Below are positions 25,950-38,390 of a DNA stretch of 64,000 nt, piece by piece. Origin of the DNA: Felis catus (lineage: Eukaryota); NCBI RefSeq assembly GCF_018350175.1, contig NC_058368.1, positions 133,240,001 to 133,304,000 of the forward strand, written 5' to 3'. Below the pieces are notes generated by a model, which did no database searches, was not told the DNA's origin, and was given only the letters and a program-made list of their open reading frames with translations. The translations under genes were made by a program, and so were the position numbers. Position 1 is the first letter of the stretch. The number at the start of each line of letters is the position of its first letter.

Positions 25950-25983
<34 letters not shown>
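25950..25983. repeat. (TG)n microsatellite
   Basis: Directly visible. Confidence 0.97.
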
Positions 25984-25984
<1 letters not shown>

Positions 25985-27169
25985 TATGCCTGCCCTGAAC
26001 AGAGTTCTTGTTTTAACACACAGTTAAGTATGAATAGGACTAGCAGTAACCCCTCTTTTCCCGAACAGTTTTAGTTACGGTGTCAACTAACATTTCCCTT
26101 TCAAATACAGCAAGCAGGACATTTATTGATAAAAGCAGGCGCTTGGGAATACAAGTAGTGAAGGACAGGCTTGCTCATACCAGCTCATGGTGGTAATGAA
26201 AGTGATTGGTGCTGTTGTTCTAGCTGGACACTGGTATACCAGCCAGTGGTGCCATAGCCTCTGGGAGCATGGGTCAAGGGCTCCACACCACTGGGCAGGA
26301 TGGTCAATGGGAAATTGAGAAAATTATAAGTTGTACCACAAATATGTCCAGAAAGCAAGCTGAACGATCCTGCCAGAGTGCCTACAGAGAAGATTGTTGG
26401 AAGGCTTTTGTTGCCATACTTCTCTCATTTGTCATACGGTACAAATCAACGTTACTTTAGTTTATTGTTTGGGAACACTTTTCATTTTGCAAAAAAACCT
26501 TGTTATTGCGTGAGCTTTATTATTAACGAGCTAAAATCCACATGAAACTCACCGTTTCAACGAATTTAAAATGCCTAATTCGTTGGATTTTAGTACATGC
26601 ACAACGTTGTGCAACCATAAACACCATCTAATTCCAGAACATTTCTCTCACCCCTGCTGTTGTCTGGCAGCCATCATTCCACTCTGTGTCTTTATAGATT
26701 TGCCTGTTCTGGATATTTTAAATACATAGAGTCACAGAATATGAGGGATTTTGTGTCTGGCTTCTTCTATTTAGCATAATGTTTTTCAGGTTCATCCACA
26801 TTGTAGTATATATCAGTACTTCATTCCTTTTTATAGTTGAATAATATTCCATGGTATAGGTTTACCACATTTTGTTTATTCATTCATCAGTTAATGAACA
26901 TTTGTGTTGTTATCATTTGGGGGCCATTACAAGTAATGAGCTATGAACATTTATGTACAGGCATACCTCAGAGATATTACAGGTTCGGTTCCAGACCACT
27001 GCAGTAAAGTGAATATTACAATGAAGTGAGTCATATAAATTTTTTGGCTTCACAGTACATATAAAAGTTGTGTTTACATATATTCTAATATACTCTAGTC
27101 TCTTAAGTGTTCAGTAGTACTGTGTCTAAACAAATACACCTATCTTAACTTAAAAAGTACTTAATATTA

Positions 27170-27263
27170 GGGTGCCTGACTGACTCTATCAGTAGAGCAT
27201 TTGACTCTTGAACTCAGGGTCATGAGTTCAAGCTCCACATTGGGCATGGAGCACACTTAAAAA
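27170..27263 (+). mobile_element. Short CAN-SINE inside Tigger1
   Basis: gggtgcctgactgactc..gagttcaagctccacattggg. Confidence 0.88.
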
Positions 27264-27670
27264 GAAACTTTGTTATTAAAAAACACTAACTATCATCTGA
27301 GCTTTCACCCAGTTGCTATCTTTTTGTTGGTGGGGGGCTCTTGTCTCAGTGTGGATGGTTACTGACTGGTCAGGGTGGTGGTCGCTGAAGGCTGGGATGG
27401 CTGTGGGAACTTCTTAAAATAAGACAACAGTGAAGTTTGCCATGTCAGTAGACGTGTCCTTTCAAAAATGATTTCTCTGTAGCTTGTGGCGCTGTTTGGT
27501 AGCATTTTACCCACGGCAGAACTTCTTTGAAAATTGGAGTCAGTCCTCTCAAACTCTCTGCTGCTTTCTCAACCAAGTTTATGTCATATTCTAAATCCTT
27601 TGTTGTCATTTCAATAATCTTCACAGCACCTTGCCTGAAGTAGTTTCCACGTTAGGAAATGATTTTCTTT

Positions 27671-27883
27671 GGGGCACCTGGTTGGCTCAGTCAGTTAAGC
27701 GTCTGACTTCAGCTCAGTTCATGATCTCACAGTTTGTGAGTTTGAGCCCCTCATCGGGTTCTGGGCTGATGGCTCAGATCCTTCTTTGGATTCTGTGTCT
27801 CCCTCTCTCTCTGCCCCTCCTCCACTCTCTCTCTGCCTCTGTCTCTCTCAAAATAAATAAATGACCTTAAAAAAAAAAAAAAA
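27671..27883 (+). mobile_element. CAN-SINE inside Tigger1
   Basis: Full body; degenerate TSD gaaatgattttctt / gaaacgactttctt. Confidence 0.93.
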
Positions 27884-28728
27884 GAAACGACTTTCTTGGC
27901 TCATCCATAAGAAGCAACTTGTCATCTACTGAGGTCGTGTCAGGAGATTGCAACAAGTCAGTCTCATCTTCAGGCTCCACTTCCAGTTCCAGTTCTCTTG
28001 CTGTTTCCACCACATCTGCAGTTACTCTCTTTGCAGAAGTCTTGAACTCCTTCCTCTAAGTCATCCATGAGAGTTGGAATCAACTTCTCCCAAAGTCCTG
28101 TTCATGTGGATATTTTGACCTCTCTACATTAATCGCAAATGTTCTTAATGGCGTCTAGAATGGTGAATCCTTTCCAGAAGGTTTTCAACTTATTCTTCCC
28201 AGATCCATCACAGGAATCACTATGTATGGCAGCTATAGCCTTATGAAACGAATTTCTTAAATAATAAAACTTGAAAGTCAAAATGACTCCTTGATCTGCA
28301 GACTGTAGAGTGGATGAAAACACCATTAATCTCCCTGTACATCTCCGTCAGAGCTCTTGGGTGACCAAGTGCATTGTGAACAAACAGTAATATTTTTAAA
28401 GGAGTCTTTTTTTCTGAGTAGTAGGTCTCAAGAATGGGCTTAAAATATTCACTAGAACATGTTGTAAATATGCTGTCATCCAGGCATTGTTGTTTCATTT
28501 ATAGAGCCCAGGCAGAGTAGATTTAGTATTACTTTTAAGAGCCCTGGGATTTTCAGAATGGTGAGTACTGGCTTCAGCTTAAAGTCACCAGCTTCATAAA
28601 CCCCTCACAAGAGTGTCAGCTTGTGCGTTGAATCTTTGAAGCTGGGCATTGACTTCTCTAGCTATGAAAGTCCTAGATGGCATCTTCTTCCAATCTGCTT
28701 CATCTACACTGAAAATCCGCTGTTTCCT

Positions 28729-28964
28729 GCGACACCTGGGTGGCCCAGTTAGTTGGGCATCTAACTCTTGTTTTTTGCTCAGTCATGATCTCAGTGTTCA
28801 TGAGATTGAGTCCTGCATTGGGCTCTGCCCTGACAGCACAGATCCTGCTTGGGATTTTTCTCTCTCCTTGTCTCTCCGCCCCTCCCCTGCACACATGCCC
28901 ACGCTCTCTCTCTCTCTAAACAAATAAACTTTTTTTAAAAATTAAAAACAAAATTAAAAACAAA
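28729..28964 (+). mobile_element. CAN-SINE inside Tigger1
   Basis: cacctgggtggcccagttagtt..cctgcttgggat..CT region and A-tail. Confidence 0.9.
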
Positions 28965-29455
28965 GAAAATCTATTTAATGTAGCCACATTGGTTAATGAT
29001 CTTGGCTCTCCCTTTTGGATAACTTGTGCAGTCTCTACATAAACACTTTCTGCTTCACCTTGGCACTTGTATGTTTTGGACTTGGTGTCATTCCTTAAAT
29101 CACATGAACCAAATTTTGCAAGCTTCAAACTTTTCTTCGGTAGCTTCTTCACCCCTTTCAGTTTTAATAGAATCGAAGAGAGGGCCTTGCTCTAGATTAG
29201 GCTTTAGTTTAAGAGAATGTTATGATTGGTTTGATCGTCTACCCAGACCACTTAAATGTTTTTCAAATCAACAGTAAGTCTGTTTGGCTTTCTTATCATT
29301 CATGTGTAAACTGGAGTTAACACTTTTAATTTCCTTCAAGGACTTTTCCTTTTCATTTACCACTTGGCTATTTGGTACAAGAAACTTAGTTTTAGGCCCA
29401 TCCTAATGTTTGACATGCCTTCCTCACTAAGCTTAATCATTTCTAGTTTGTGCTT

Positions 29456-29670
29456 AAAAAAAATTTTTTTTAATGTTTACTCATTTTTTTTGAGAGAGTT
29501 AGAGCATGAGTAGGGGCAGGGAAGAGAGAGAAGGAGACACAGAATATGAAGCAGACTCCAGGCTCTGAGCTGTCAGCACAGAGCCTGATGCGGGGCTCGA
29601 ACCCACAAACTGTGAGATCATGACCTGAGCTGAAGTCGGACACTTAACCGGCCAAGTCACACAGATACCC
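29456..29670 (-). mobile_element. CAN-SINE inside Tigger1
   Basis: TSD ttctagt(t/c)tgtgctt at 29441-29455 and 29671-29685. Confidence 0.93.
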
Positions 29671-31099
29671 TTCTAGTCTGTGCTTTGAAGTGAGAGACGT
29701 GTAACTCTCTTTTTCCACTTGAGTACTTAGAAGCCATTGTAGGGTTATTAATGGGCCTAATTTCAGTATTGTTGTGTCTCAGGGAATAGGGAGGCTTGAG
29801 GAGGAGAGAGACAGAGGAATAGCAGATTGTTGGAGCAGTTAGAACATATACACCATTTATTAATTAAGTTTACTGTTTTATATGGGTACAGTTCCTGGCA
29901 CTCCCAAAACAATTATAATAGTAACAACAAAGATCACTGATTATAGATCAGCATAACAAATATAATAACAATAAAAAGATTTGAAATCTTATGAGAATTA
30001 CCAATATTTCTACCAATGCTGTTGGAAAAATGGCACCAATGGACTTACTCAAAGCAGGGTTGCCACACACCTTTTTATCTTTTTGTAAAAAAAAAAAAAT
30101 GCAGGCATCTGTACAGTGAAACTAGGTATGCCTGTACAAGTAATTGTGTACATATATTTTCTATTCTTGTGAATATATACTTAGGAGTGGAATTGCTGGA
30201 TCCTATGGTTACTTTCTAAGGAGCTGCCAAACTGTTTTCCAAAGTAGCTCTGCCATTTTACATTCCCACCAGGGTTGTAAGAGAGATCCAACTTCTCCAC
30301 ATCCTCATCAACACTTATTGTCTGGTATTTGATTTTAGCCATCCTACTGGGTGTGAGCTGGTATTTCATTTTTTCATTTTGATTTGAATTTAGCTAATGA
30401 CTAATGAATTATGTTGAGCATCTTTTCGTGTGCATATTGGCCATTTTTGTCTCTTTTGGAGTATTATGTATTAAAATCCTTTGCTGGTTTTTGAATTGGG
30501 TGGTTTGTCTTTCTATCGTTGAACTGTAAGTGTTCATAACATGTCTGGATATTAGATCTGTAACAGATATTTATGAACATTTTCTTCCATTCTGTGGGTT
30601 GTCTTTTCACTCTCTTGATAGTGTCCTTTTGTGCACAAATGCTTTTCATTTTGATGAAGCCCATTTTATCTAATCTTTTGTTGTTGTTTTTTTGGTGTCA
30701 TAGTTAAGAAACCATTGCCTAATCCAAGGTCATGAAGAATTACACATATTTTCTTATAAGCTTTTATAGTTTTAGCACTTAGATTTAAAATTTTTATCTA
30801 TTTTGAGTTAATGTTTATTTATGGTGTGATATAATGAACCAAATTCATTCATCCCATGTATGGATGTCTCAGCACTGGTGGTTAAAAAAGCTGTTCTTTC
30901 TCCAGTGAATGGTCTTGACATCCTTTTCAAAAATCACTTGATCATGGTTATAAGAGTTTATTTCTTGACTCTTTCCTTGTGCCGGTACCATAGTATTTTG
31001 AATGCTATAGCTTTGTAGTCTGTTTTGAAACCAGGAAGTGTGAATTTCCTAACTTTGTTCTTTTGCATGGTTGTTTTGGCCAAAGTCCCTGAATAGCCT

Positions 31100-31940
31100 T
31101 TGCTTAATGTTTAGGTATTGATGGGACAGGGATTTCCTTCAATGCCTAGAACCAAAGAAATCACCTAGTCTTTGCAGAGGGGTTTTGTTTGTGTTGGGGA
31201 ATGCCTTCAATACTTAGTGGGAAATTAACAACCCTGTCTCAGCCTTTACTTCTTGCTTCTGCAGAGACTCAAATTCATTCAGAGGTGAGGGCTCAGAGCC
31301 TTCTCAGGTCTTTCCTGAGCCTGAACACAGCTGAACCAGAGTGTGACCTGGGCATGTACGTGACTTCCTTAGTTCCCTGGGATATGTCAGATCTTTCCTA
31401 AGCCCTTACTTTTTTAAAAGCATCTTACTCCAAGACTTTCCTCCCAAGCTTTTTGGTTCATCTATCGTTTGCTCCAACCGCTACTTATTGAACCAGGCAA
31501 TAGAGACTAAAACATTTGCCTGTGAATATTTTCTGCAGAGTCCTTGCTTCCTTGCTTTAGCACAAGATGAGGGTTCCAGTCAGGTCAGATAAAGACAAAC
31601 CTTTTGAGAAACTCCTCCAGAGAGTACCAGCTAGATCAACTAAGAACAATGTGCAGACAATGCCTGTCCATTCTCTCCTCTACTGTTACCAGGAAGGTAG
31701 AATGTTATTTTCAGGGCTACTGTTGAGCTAGTGACTAGGAAACAAGCACAAAGTGAGGCTACACAAGCTCACTGTTCTTACTGGGATTCAGATAGTTTCT
31801 TGAATAAGTGCTTCCTGGGTTGCTGAAAGCCTTTGGTTAATTTCCAATGAGCTCAAAAAGTTGGTTATGTTTTTGCCCATATTTTTGTTGCTTTTATGGA
31901 AGAGTGAGCTTTTGGAGTTCCTTATGCCCCTATTTTGTCT
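31100..31940 (-). mobile_element. L1M4/L1MB-type 5'UTR
   Basis: gccttctcaggtctttcctgagc, aagcctttggttaatttcca, ttgcttttatgga..ggagttcctta resemble old L1 5' ends. Confidence 0.6.
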
Positions 31941-33175
31941 AGCAATAAGCTTTTTAAGTGCACATGTTTAATGAAAAATTAAAAACTGAATTTTAGTTTC
32001 TAAAAAAAAAAAATCAATGGTAAATGTGTGATGTGAGCAAAAATAATTTTCAGTTTTACCATTCACCATGGGGTCAGTGGTGACATCTTTGACCACTGAA
32101 AAACAGGAGACATGTATTTGCCAAAGAGCTATCAACCTCTACTTGAAAAGTTGATAGTTATTCTAAGAATACCATGTTTAAAGACAGTTTAACATGTATA
32201 GCTGCAGAAAGTGTGTTTATACATCACTCTGTGAAGTGTGATTTTTCTTTGTATAAAATGACTCTTTCTATAATTTCTCTCATTTTTAATTGCAAACTCT
32301 CTTACGCATATACAAAACAAATGAAGCGATAACTGTCAGTGTGTCATGTCCATTAACAAAGAAAAAATTTGGAAATGGATAACTGATGCTTATTTTATGT
32401 CCATGACATCAGATGCTTCAGACAAAATCAGCTGAGTTAATACCAATAAGGCTTCATTTTTTACATAAAATTAATGGAGTAAAAGTAAAGGTTTTAGAAG
32501 GTTGAGTTTGAAATATCTGACATCATAATGAATTTCACTTGTAAATACAGTTCAAAGATTTAACATTGAAGAGAGTGATTTGTTTTTGTAGTCACAATAC
32601 AAATACAAATTTTGGTAAGGCACAGAATCATAGCAATAACATTGTTCTTACTAAATGAGGAAACTATGGAGCAGAAATGTATTTGGAATTGGTTGTAAAC
32701 ATGCATAATTCATCATTGTGTATTCAAACAAGCCGCAGTGCCCTACCAATAAAAATAGAAGTTGTAGTTGTTAAGATTTACAAATATTTTTATATATGCA
32801 GAAGGAACTGAACTACAAAATTTTTTGTGACAAAGCTGGTGCTGAATTTAGAAAGATATTTCAGTCTGGTTGTATGTGTTTTCTGTCTTTATTGTCCATC
32901 ATCAAAATTTTGAGCCTTTAGAGAACTGCAAATCCACATAAGTGACCTACAGTGGTATTATATTACTTTGTAAATGACTCCTTTAAATCTTGGTTGCATT
33001 TAAAATAGCATTTTTAAAATAAAATAGCTTTAATAATAAACAGACAATGTATTTGACAAGTTTTATCCTATAAAATGATCAAAAAAATTACTCGGAACTG
33101 AGACAAAAAGGAAATATATGTGAAAACATGGGGCTCAAATATTTATAACATTTCAATATTAAAAAGTAGAATTAA

Positions 33176-33271
33176 GGGGGCATCTGGATGGCTCAGTTGG
33201 TAGAATATGTAACTCTTGATCTCACCGTTGTGAGTTCAAGAGCCATGTTGGGCATGAAGCCTAAAAATTTT
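33176..33271 (+). mobile_element. Short CAN-SINE
   Basis: TSD aaaaagtagaatt at 33161-33173 and 33272-33284. Confidence 0.9.
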
Positions 33272-33370
33272 AAAAAGTAGAATTGAGAATACCTTCCCTT
33301 TTAAAAGAATTTGCAGTGAGCTTCTCATCTACCTTAACCCCTGTATAGACTGTATTTTATCATCTAAAAT

Positions 33371-33582
33371 TAAAAAAATTATTTTAGTGTTTATTTTTTG
33401 AGAGAGACACACACACAGAGTGAGAGGAGGGGTAGAGAGAGACAGAGACACAGAATACGAAGCAGGCTCCAGCCTCCGAACTGTCAGCACAGAGCCTGAT
33501 GCAGGCCTCGAACCCACGAGCCAGGAGATCGTGATCTGAGCTGACATCAGAAGCTTAACTGACTGAGCCACCCAGGCACCCC
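33371..33582 (-). mobile_element. CAN-SINE
   Basis: TSD core tcatctaaaat at 33360-33370 and 33585-33595. Confidence 0.93.
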
Positions 33583-33729
33583 TCTCATCTAAAATATTAT
33601 GACCTAGAGAGAAAAGTCAGTTGATAGTGTCAACATTTTCAAATTTAGTAACTATAAATACAGTTTTGAAAATATTACAGTAAAATGTTAGGAGAATTTT
33701 AAGAATAATTATGCTAAATAATTACACTT

Positions 33730-34760
33730 TAAGCTAAAAAGCTTCCATACAATGAAGGAAACCATTAAAATGAAACAGCAACCTACTGAATAGGAGAAAA
33801 TATTTGTAAATCGTACATCCAATAAGGGGTTAATATCTGAAATGCATAAACAACTCCTACAACTCAACAGCAAAAAAGCAAACAACTCAATTTAAAAATG
33901 AGAAGAGGATCTGAATAGACATTTTTTCAAAGAAGACATTTGAAAAGATGTTCAACCCTATGAATTACTAAGGAGATGCAACTCAGGACCACAGTGAGAT
34001 ATTATCTTACACCTGCCAGAATGGCTAGTATCAAAAAGACAAAAATTAACAAGTGTTGAAGAGGATATGAAGAAAAAGGAGCCCTTGAACCAAGTTGGTG
34101 GGATTATAAATCTTTGTAACCACTATGGAAAACAGTGCAAAGAGTCTTCAAGAAATTAAAATTAGAACTACCATGTGATCTAGTTATTCTACTACTGGGT
34201 ATCCAAAGAAAATGAGAATACTACTCTGAAAAAAACAGATGTTCCCCTATGTTCGTGGAAGCATTATTTACAATAGTCAAGGTATAGAAACAACCTAATT
34301 ATCCATTCATAGATGAATGGATAAAGAAGATGTGTGTGTGTGTATATAATAGTGGAATATTAGTGAGCCATGAAAAAGAATTAAATCCTACCCTTTGGGA
34401 AAGCATGCATGCACCTTGAGAATATTATGCTGAGTGAATTATGTCAAAAGGAAAAAGAAAATACTGTATGATCTCACGCATGTAGAATCTAAAAAAACAA
34501 CACCCCCAAACAGGAAGAAAGCCCCCCAAAACAAAGTCAAAACCCAAATGATCAAAACAAAACAACAAAAAGTCATAGATACAGAGAACAGATCAGTGGT
34601 TACCAAAGGGTGCGGAAGTCAGAGGGATATGCAAAAGAGGTGAAAGGGGATTCAACTGGGAGGTGATGGATAGTAACTAGACATTTGGGGATGATCACTT
34701 TGTAGCATACACAGATGTTGAATTATACTTTGTGCACCTGAAACTTATATAATAAAAAAG
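33730..34760 (+). mobile_element. L1 (carnivore-type) ORF2 3' end and 3'UTR, 5'-truncated
   Basis: aaacagcaacctactgaataggagaaaatatttg, gatgaatggataaagaagatg, tcatagatacagagaacag, cacctgaaacttatataataaaaaa. Confidence 0.9.
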
Positions 34761-35602
34761 GTATATTCAGAAAGGTAATTGTGACATTATTAGAATCAGG
34801 ACTAAAAAACTGAGTAAAGTAAATGAAACTGTCCCAGAAATCCTTATGTGATTTTTTAATATTCAGGTGATCAATATAAGGAATTGTTAAAAATTCAAAT
34901 TTAAATGTACATGGATATGTAATTTTATTTTTGGATACATTAATCTAAATTTTCTTGGAAGTTTTTATATTGGAAAATAATTTGGTTAGAATTTTTTTTG
35001 TAGATCCACTACTATATCAATTTGTTAATAAACAGTGTCTAAAATTATATAATAGTAATTTTTTTAAAGACTCTTTCACTCTCAGTGATGTCCTCATTTG
35101 GATGACAAATTACATAACCCTAATTATAGTATTAATCATGTACTCACCATACCTGGACTTCTGGGTTATCATTGTAAATCGATACATTGTGTTATCTCTT
35201 ATCCTATAAATTCCACCAAAATGACTGTAAGGGAATAAAATGCTTTAAAGCCAGAAAGCTAGATTAGAAGCGCAGAGACACAAAAAATGTGCAATAGCAA
35301 TAAATTGCTACAAGATTTAAAGTAGATCGGTGCAGATATCTGATCAAAAAGAGTCCAGAGGCTTCAGCCTAAGTGCCTACTGAGGGGCAAGCCTGTCCTG
35401 TGCAGAACCCTGACAGCTGCAGGACTCATAGGAAGATGGGGTGAGTTGTGGGGCTGAAAACCAGAAGAGAGTCTGAGAGTCTTGACATGCAGTCATTACC
35501 AGCCTTTCTCACGTAGAGTTCTGCAAGAGAATTAGGTCCTACAGAGAATAGTTTGAGTGACTAGTCTTCCAGTTCTTCCAAGAATGGCACACAGTGCTAT
35601 TT

Positions 35603-35816
35603 AAAAAAAATTTTTAGTTGTTTATTTTTGAGAGAGACAGAGGGAGACAAAGAGCAAGCACAAGTGGGAGAGGGGCAGAGAGAGAGGGAGACACAGAATC
35701 TGAAGTAGGCTTCAGGTTCTGAACCATCAGCATAGGGCCTTGTGCGGGGCTCAAACTCAAAATCATGACCTGAGCTGAAGTCAGACACTTACTGGGAACC
35801 AGTAGCCAGGCACCCC
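35603..35816 (-). mobile_element. CAN-SINE
   Basis: Full body; TSD core agtgctattt. Confidence 0.92.
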
Positions 35817-36187
35817 AGTTAGTGCTATTTTTATGCACAAGAGAGAAGTTCCTTCATTAACTACAACAGATGTCTTAGTGCATCAGAGCTTGAGTGTCTT
35901 GCAGTGTCCAGCTGAGAAGGAACAGCTGGACTCTCCAGGGCTTTCTGTACCCTGAGCAGTCACTACTGAAAACACTGACTTCTCAGGCCCTCTGACTCTT
36001 TCTCCACCCATCGACCATATTTATACTTTCTGAGGCAGAAGATTAGAAGATGATTCCTTGGGGAGATTGAAAAGCCACAGAAGAAAGAACTACAAATATT
36101 GACAGTGAAACCTAGTCAACAAACCCTGTCAGACCCAGAGTATTTCCAAGCAGCATTTTTGTATCTCTTTCTCACGAAGGAGCAATT

Positions 36188-36275
36188 GTACTGATCAGAG
36201 CTCTCCAGAGGAACAATACCCAGAGATGTGTGTGTGTGTCATGTGTGTAAAGAGATGACTTAAAACACATTAGTT

Positions 36276-36307
<32 letters not shown>

Positions 36308-36570
36308 ACCACCACAGAGATGAGCAAGTCTCAGGATCTGCAGGGGAACTTAACAAAATGGAGATCCAGAAGGACTAATGGTTTAGTTCCAGTGTGTGTC
36401 TGAAGGTCTGAGAACCACAAAAGCCAATGACATAGTTCCCAGCCACAGGCCAGCAGACTCAAAGACCCAGGGAGAACTAATATTTCAGTTGGAGCCCAAA
36501 AGCATGAAGGAATGACCTATTACTGGAGGGAAAGTCAAGCCACTTTGTTCTACTCAAATTTTCAACCAGT
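36188..36570 (-). mobile_element. MLT2 (ERV-L) LTR fragment with internal (CA)n
   Basis: tgtactgatcagagctctccagagg, tctgaaggtctgagaacca, gcagactcaaagacccagg. Confidence 0.75.
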
Positions 36571-38104
36571 TTCATACCAAAAGCATGTGATAATTCCTAC
36601 GACTGAAGGACTACATCTCTAGACATAGAGGGTCCATCAAGTTCACTGCCCAAAGAATAACAATATTTTTTTAAAAGATCCACATCAGTGTATATTAAAG
36701 GAGGGAAAAAGCAGGTCACATACAAAAGATCAGGAGTCAAAATGACATCAGGTTTCACATGAGCGTCTAGAAGTCTTGAAGGCACTGGAGCCAGACCTTC
36801 AAAATCCAAGTAAAAGTGACTATCAGCCTAAAATTCTTAACCCTACCAAATTACCAATCAAATGTGAGGGTAGAAGAGAGACATTTTCAGACGCTTATAT
36901 TCCATGCACACTGTCTTAAAAAACAACCAGACGATGTTTTATAGCAAAATAATGGAGCAAAATAAACAAAATCAAGACAGGAAAGGACAAGGTCCAGGAA
37001 ATGGATCCCAGGGGAACAGTGAAAGCCTGGGTGTGAACCAGCTCTGAAGGGGAAAAAACCAGGGGATGTCAGGAGGGAAGTTTCCAAGGGAGAAATGGGA
37101 CCAATAGACGACATGGTGAGGTTGACCTAGTGAAGAAGAACACTGAGAATGATTCTGTAGAACTGTTAGAACTATAGGAAGAATCAGTGAAAGGTATGTG
37201 AGAAATTAAGCAAATAGAAAAACAATGAGATCGATGAAAGGAAATTAGACACATTAAGTGGCTGAGCAATACACAGGGTTTATGCATCCATAATCGTTGG
37301 CAGATGGACAGTAGAAGGGAGGAACCACAGAGAAATACATATGTTTGTAAAAGAAATATATTCAGCAGTAATTTCCCAGCTCCAGGGGTGCGTCCAGCTC
37401 TGTGCTAGGCTAGAGACAGCAGGTGAGGAAGATGTGCCTGCAAGGATCGTGCAGCCCAAAGGGTTAGATGGAAAAGTAATTTTGCTAGTAGGATGTTCCC
37501 AGACTTTTCCTCAGCCCTTGCTTACAGGTGTGCCTGGTTCCTTTTTGAAAGCCTTGATCTCTTAAATGGTTGGCAATTTACACTTGAAAAATGATTCTTG
37601 GATTTTCACTGCAGGGTTCTCATCATTGGGAGCTTCCATTCTTTACCTATTTGTTTACACACCATTAAGTGTTGCATAAAGTGAGGTATTACTGGAATTC
37701 TAAATTTCCTCCCCTGACAAGAGAGAGAGAGTATTATATCTTCGAATCTGTAATATGCTCCCTCAATTGTTTCACTGTCCCTTCCCTGCTCTTTACTTAT
37801 CTTCTGGCAGAAGGTGAAGAAGCTCCTTCAGGCGTGCCGACTTCCTTAAGTCTCTGGGGGTACAAGCGTTCCCCCGGCATTCATTCACATGAGGCAGTCA
37901 TGATGGGTCTCACAGGGAGGCATATCTGATCCACTTGATTCAGACACAGGATGAGTGTCCTTCTTGAATACACCATTGGGAGGAGGACTGGTGAGGCCTG
38001 ATGGTGGATGACATCCTTAGCAAGAGAGAAGGACATTTGGTGAAAGGAAAACACGATAGAATAAAAGCATTCATGCTCTTCTTCAGAGAAGGAAATCTAG
38101 AATA

Positions 38105-38390
38105 ACTCTGGTAGAACTTTCTGTGATATTGGAAGTGTTGTGTGTCATCCAATACCTTAGCGGTGGCTATTGAGTACTTGAAATAGGGCTTGTGTATGGG
38201 GCCTGGGTGGCTCGGTCAGTTAAGTGTCTGACTTTTGATTCTGGCTCAGATCTTGATCTCGTGGTTGTGGGATCGAGCCCTGCATTGGGTTCTGTGCTTA
38301 CAGTGTGGAGCCTGCTTGGGACCGTCTCTCTCAAAATAAATAAATAAACCTATAAAAAATGTTCTTCAGAGAGACTAGAAATTGTATCTT
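38105..38390. mobile_element. MER3-like hAT-Charlie fragment hosting a SINE
   Basis: tagaactttctgtgatattggaagtgtt..tccaatac..gtggctattgagtacttgaaat. Confidence 0.65.
38198..38359 (+). mobile_element. CAN-SINE
   Basis: ggggcctgggtggctcggtcagttaag..ctctcaaaataaataaataaa. Confidence 0.92.

Larger units (their letters stand above)
26958..30134 (-). mobile_element. Tigger1 (TcMar-Tigger), full length, decayed
   Basis: TIRs caggcatacct (26958) and aggtatgcctg (to 30134); TA duplication at 26956-57 and 30135-36; transposase remnant [42 protein letters not shown]; ~2.4 kb after removing four SINEs. Confidence 0.96.
26510..31080 (-). mobile_element. L1MB-like 3'UTR and ORF2 3' part, split by Tigger1
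   Basis: Removing Tigger1 restores gaacatttatgTAcaagt; ORF remnants KDTIKRVKRQPTEW (30464-30664) and YQLTPSRMAKIK. Confidence 0.9.
31957..33720 (+). pseudogene. Decayed Blackjack hAT transposase
   Basis: Hand translation with frameshifts: FNEKLKTEF, FTIHHG, AAESVFIHHSVK (32201), MSMTSDAS (D at 32412), FCSHNTNTNFG (32584), GIGC (32685), LPIKIEVVVVKIYKYFYI. Confidence 0.85.
25741..35122 (+). mobile_element. hAT-Blackjack DNA transposon, near full length, interrupted by nested elements
   Basis: MER94-like left end (tagagttg..gtcctgatttgactgggctgtcc); right end tgtcctcatttggatgacaaattacataacccta; transposase remnants at 31957-33720. Confidence 0.7.
35205..37320 (+). mobile_element. HAL1 / L1ME 5' region with ORF1 remnant
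   Basis: gcctaaaattcttaaccctaccaaattaccaatcaaatgtgagggtagaagagagacattttcagac (ORF1 C-terminal motif) followed by a HAL1-like tail. Confidence 0.6.
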
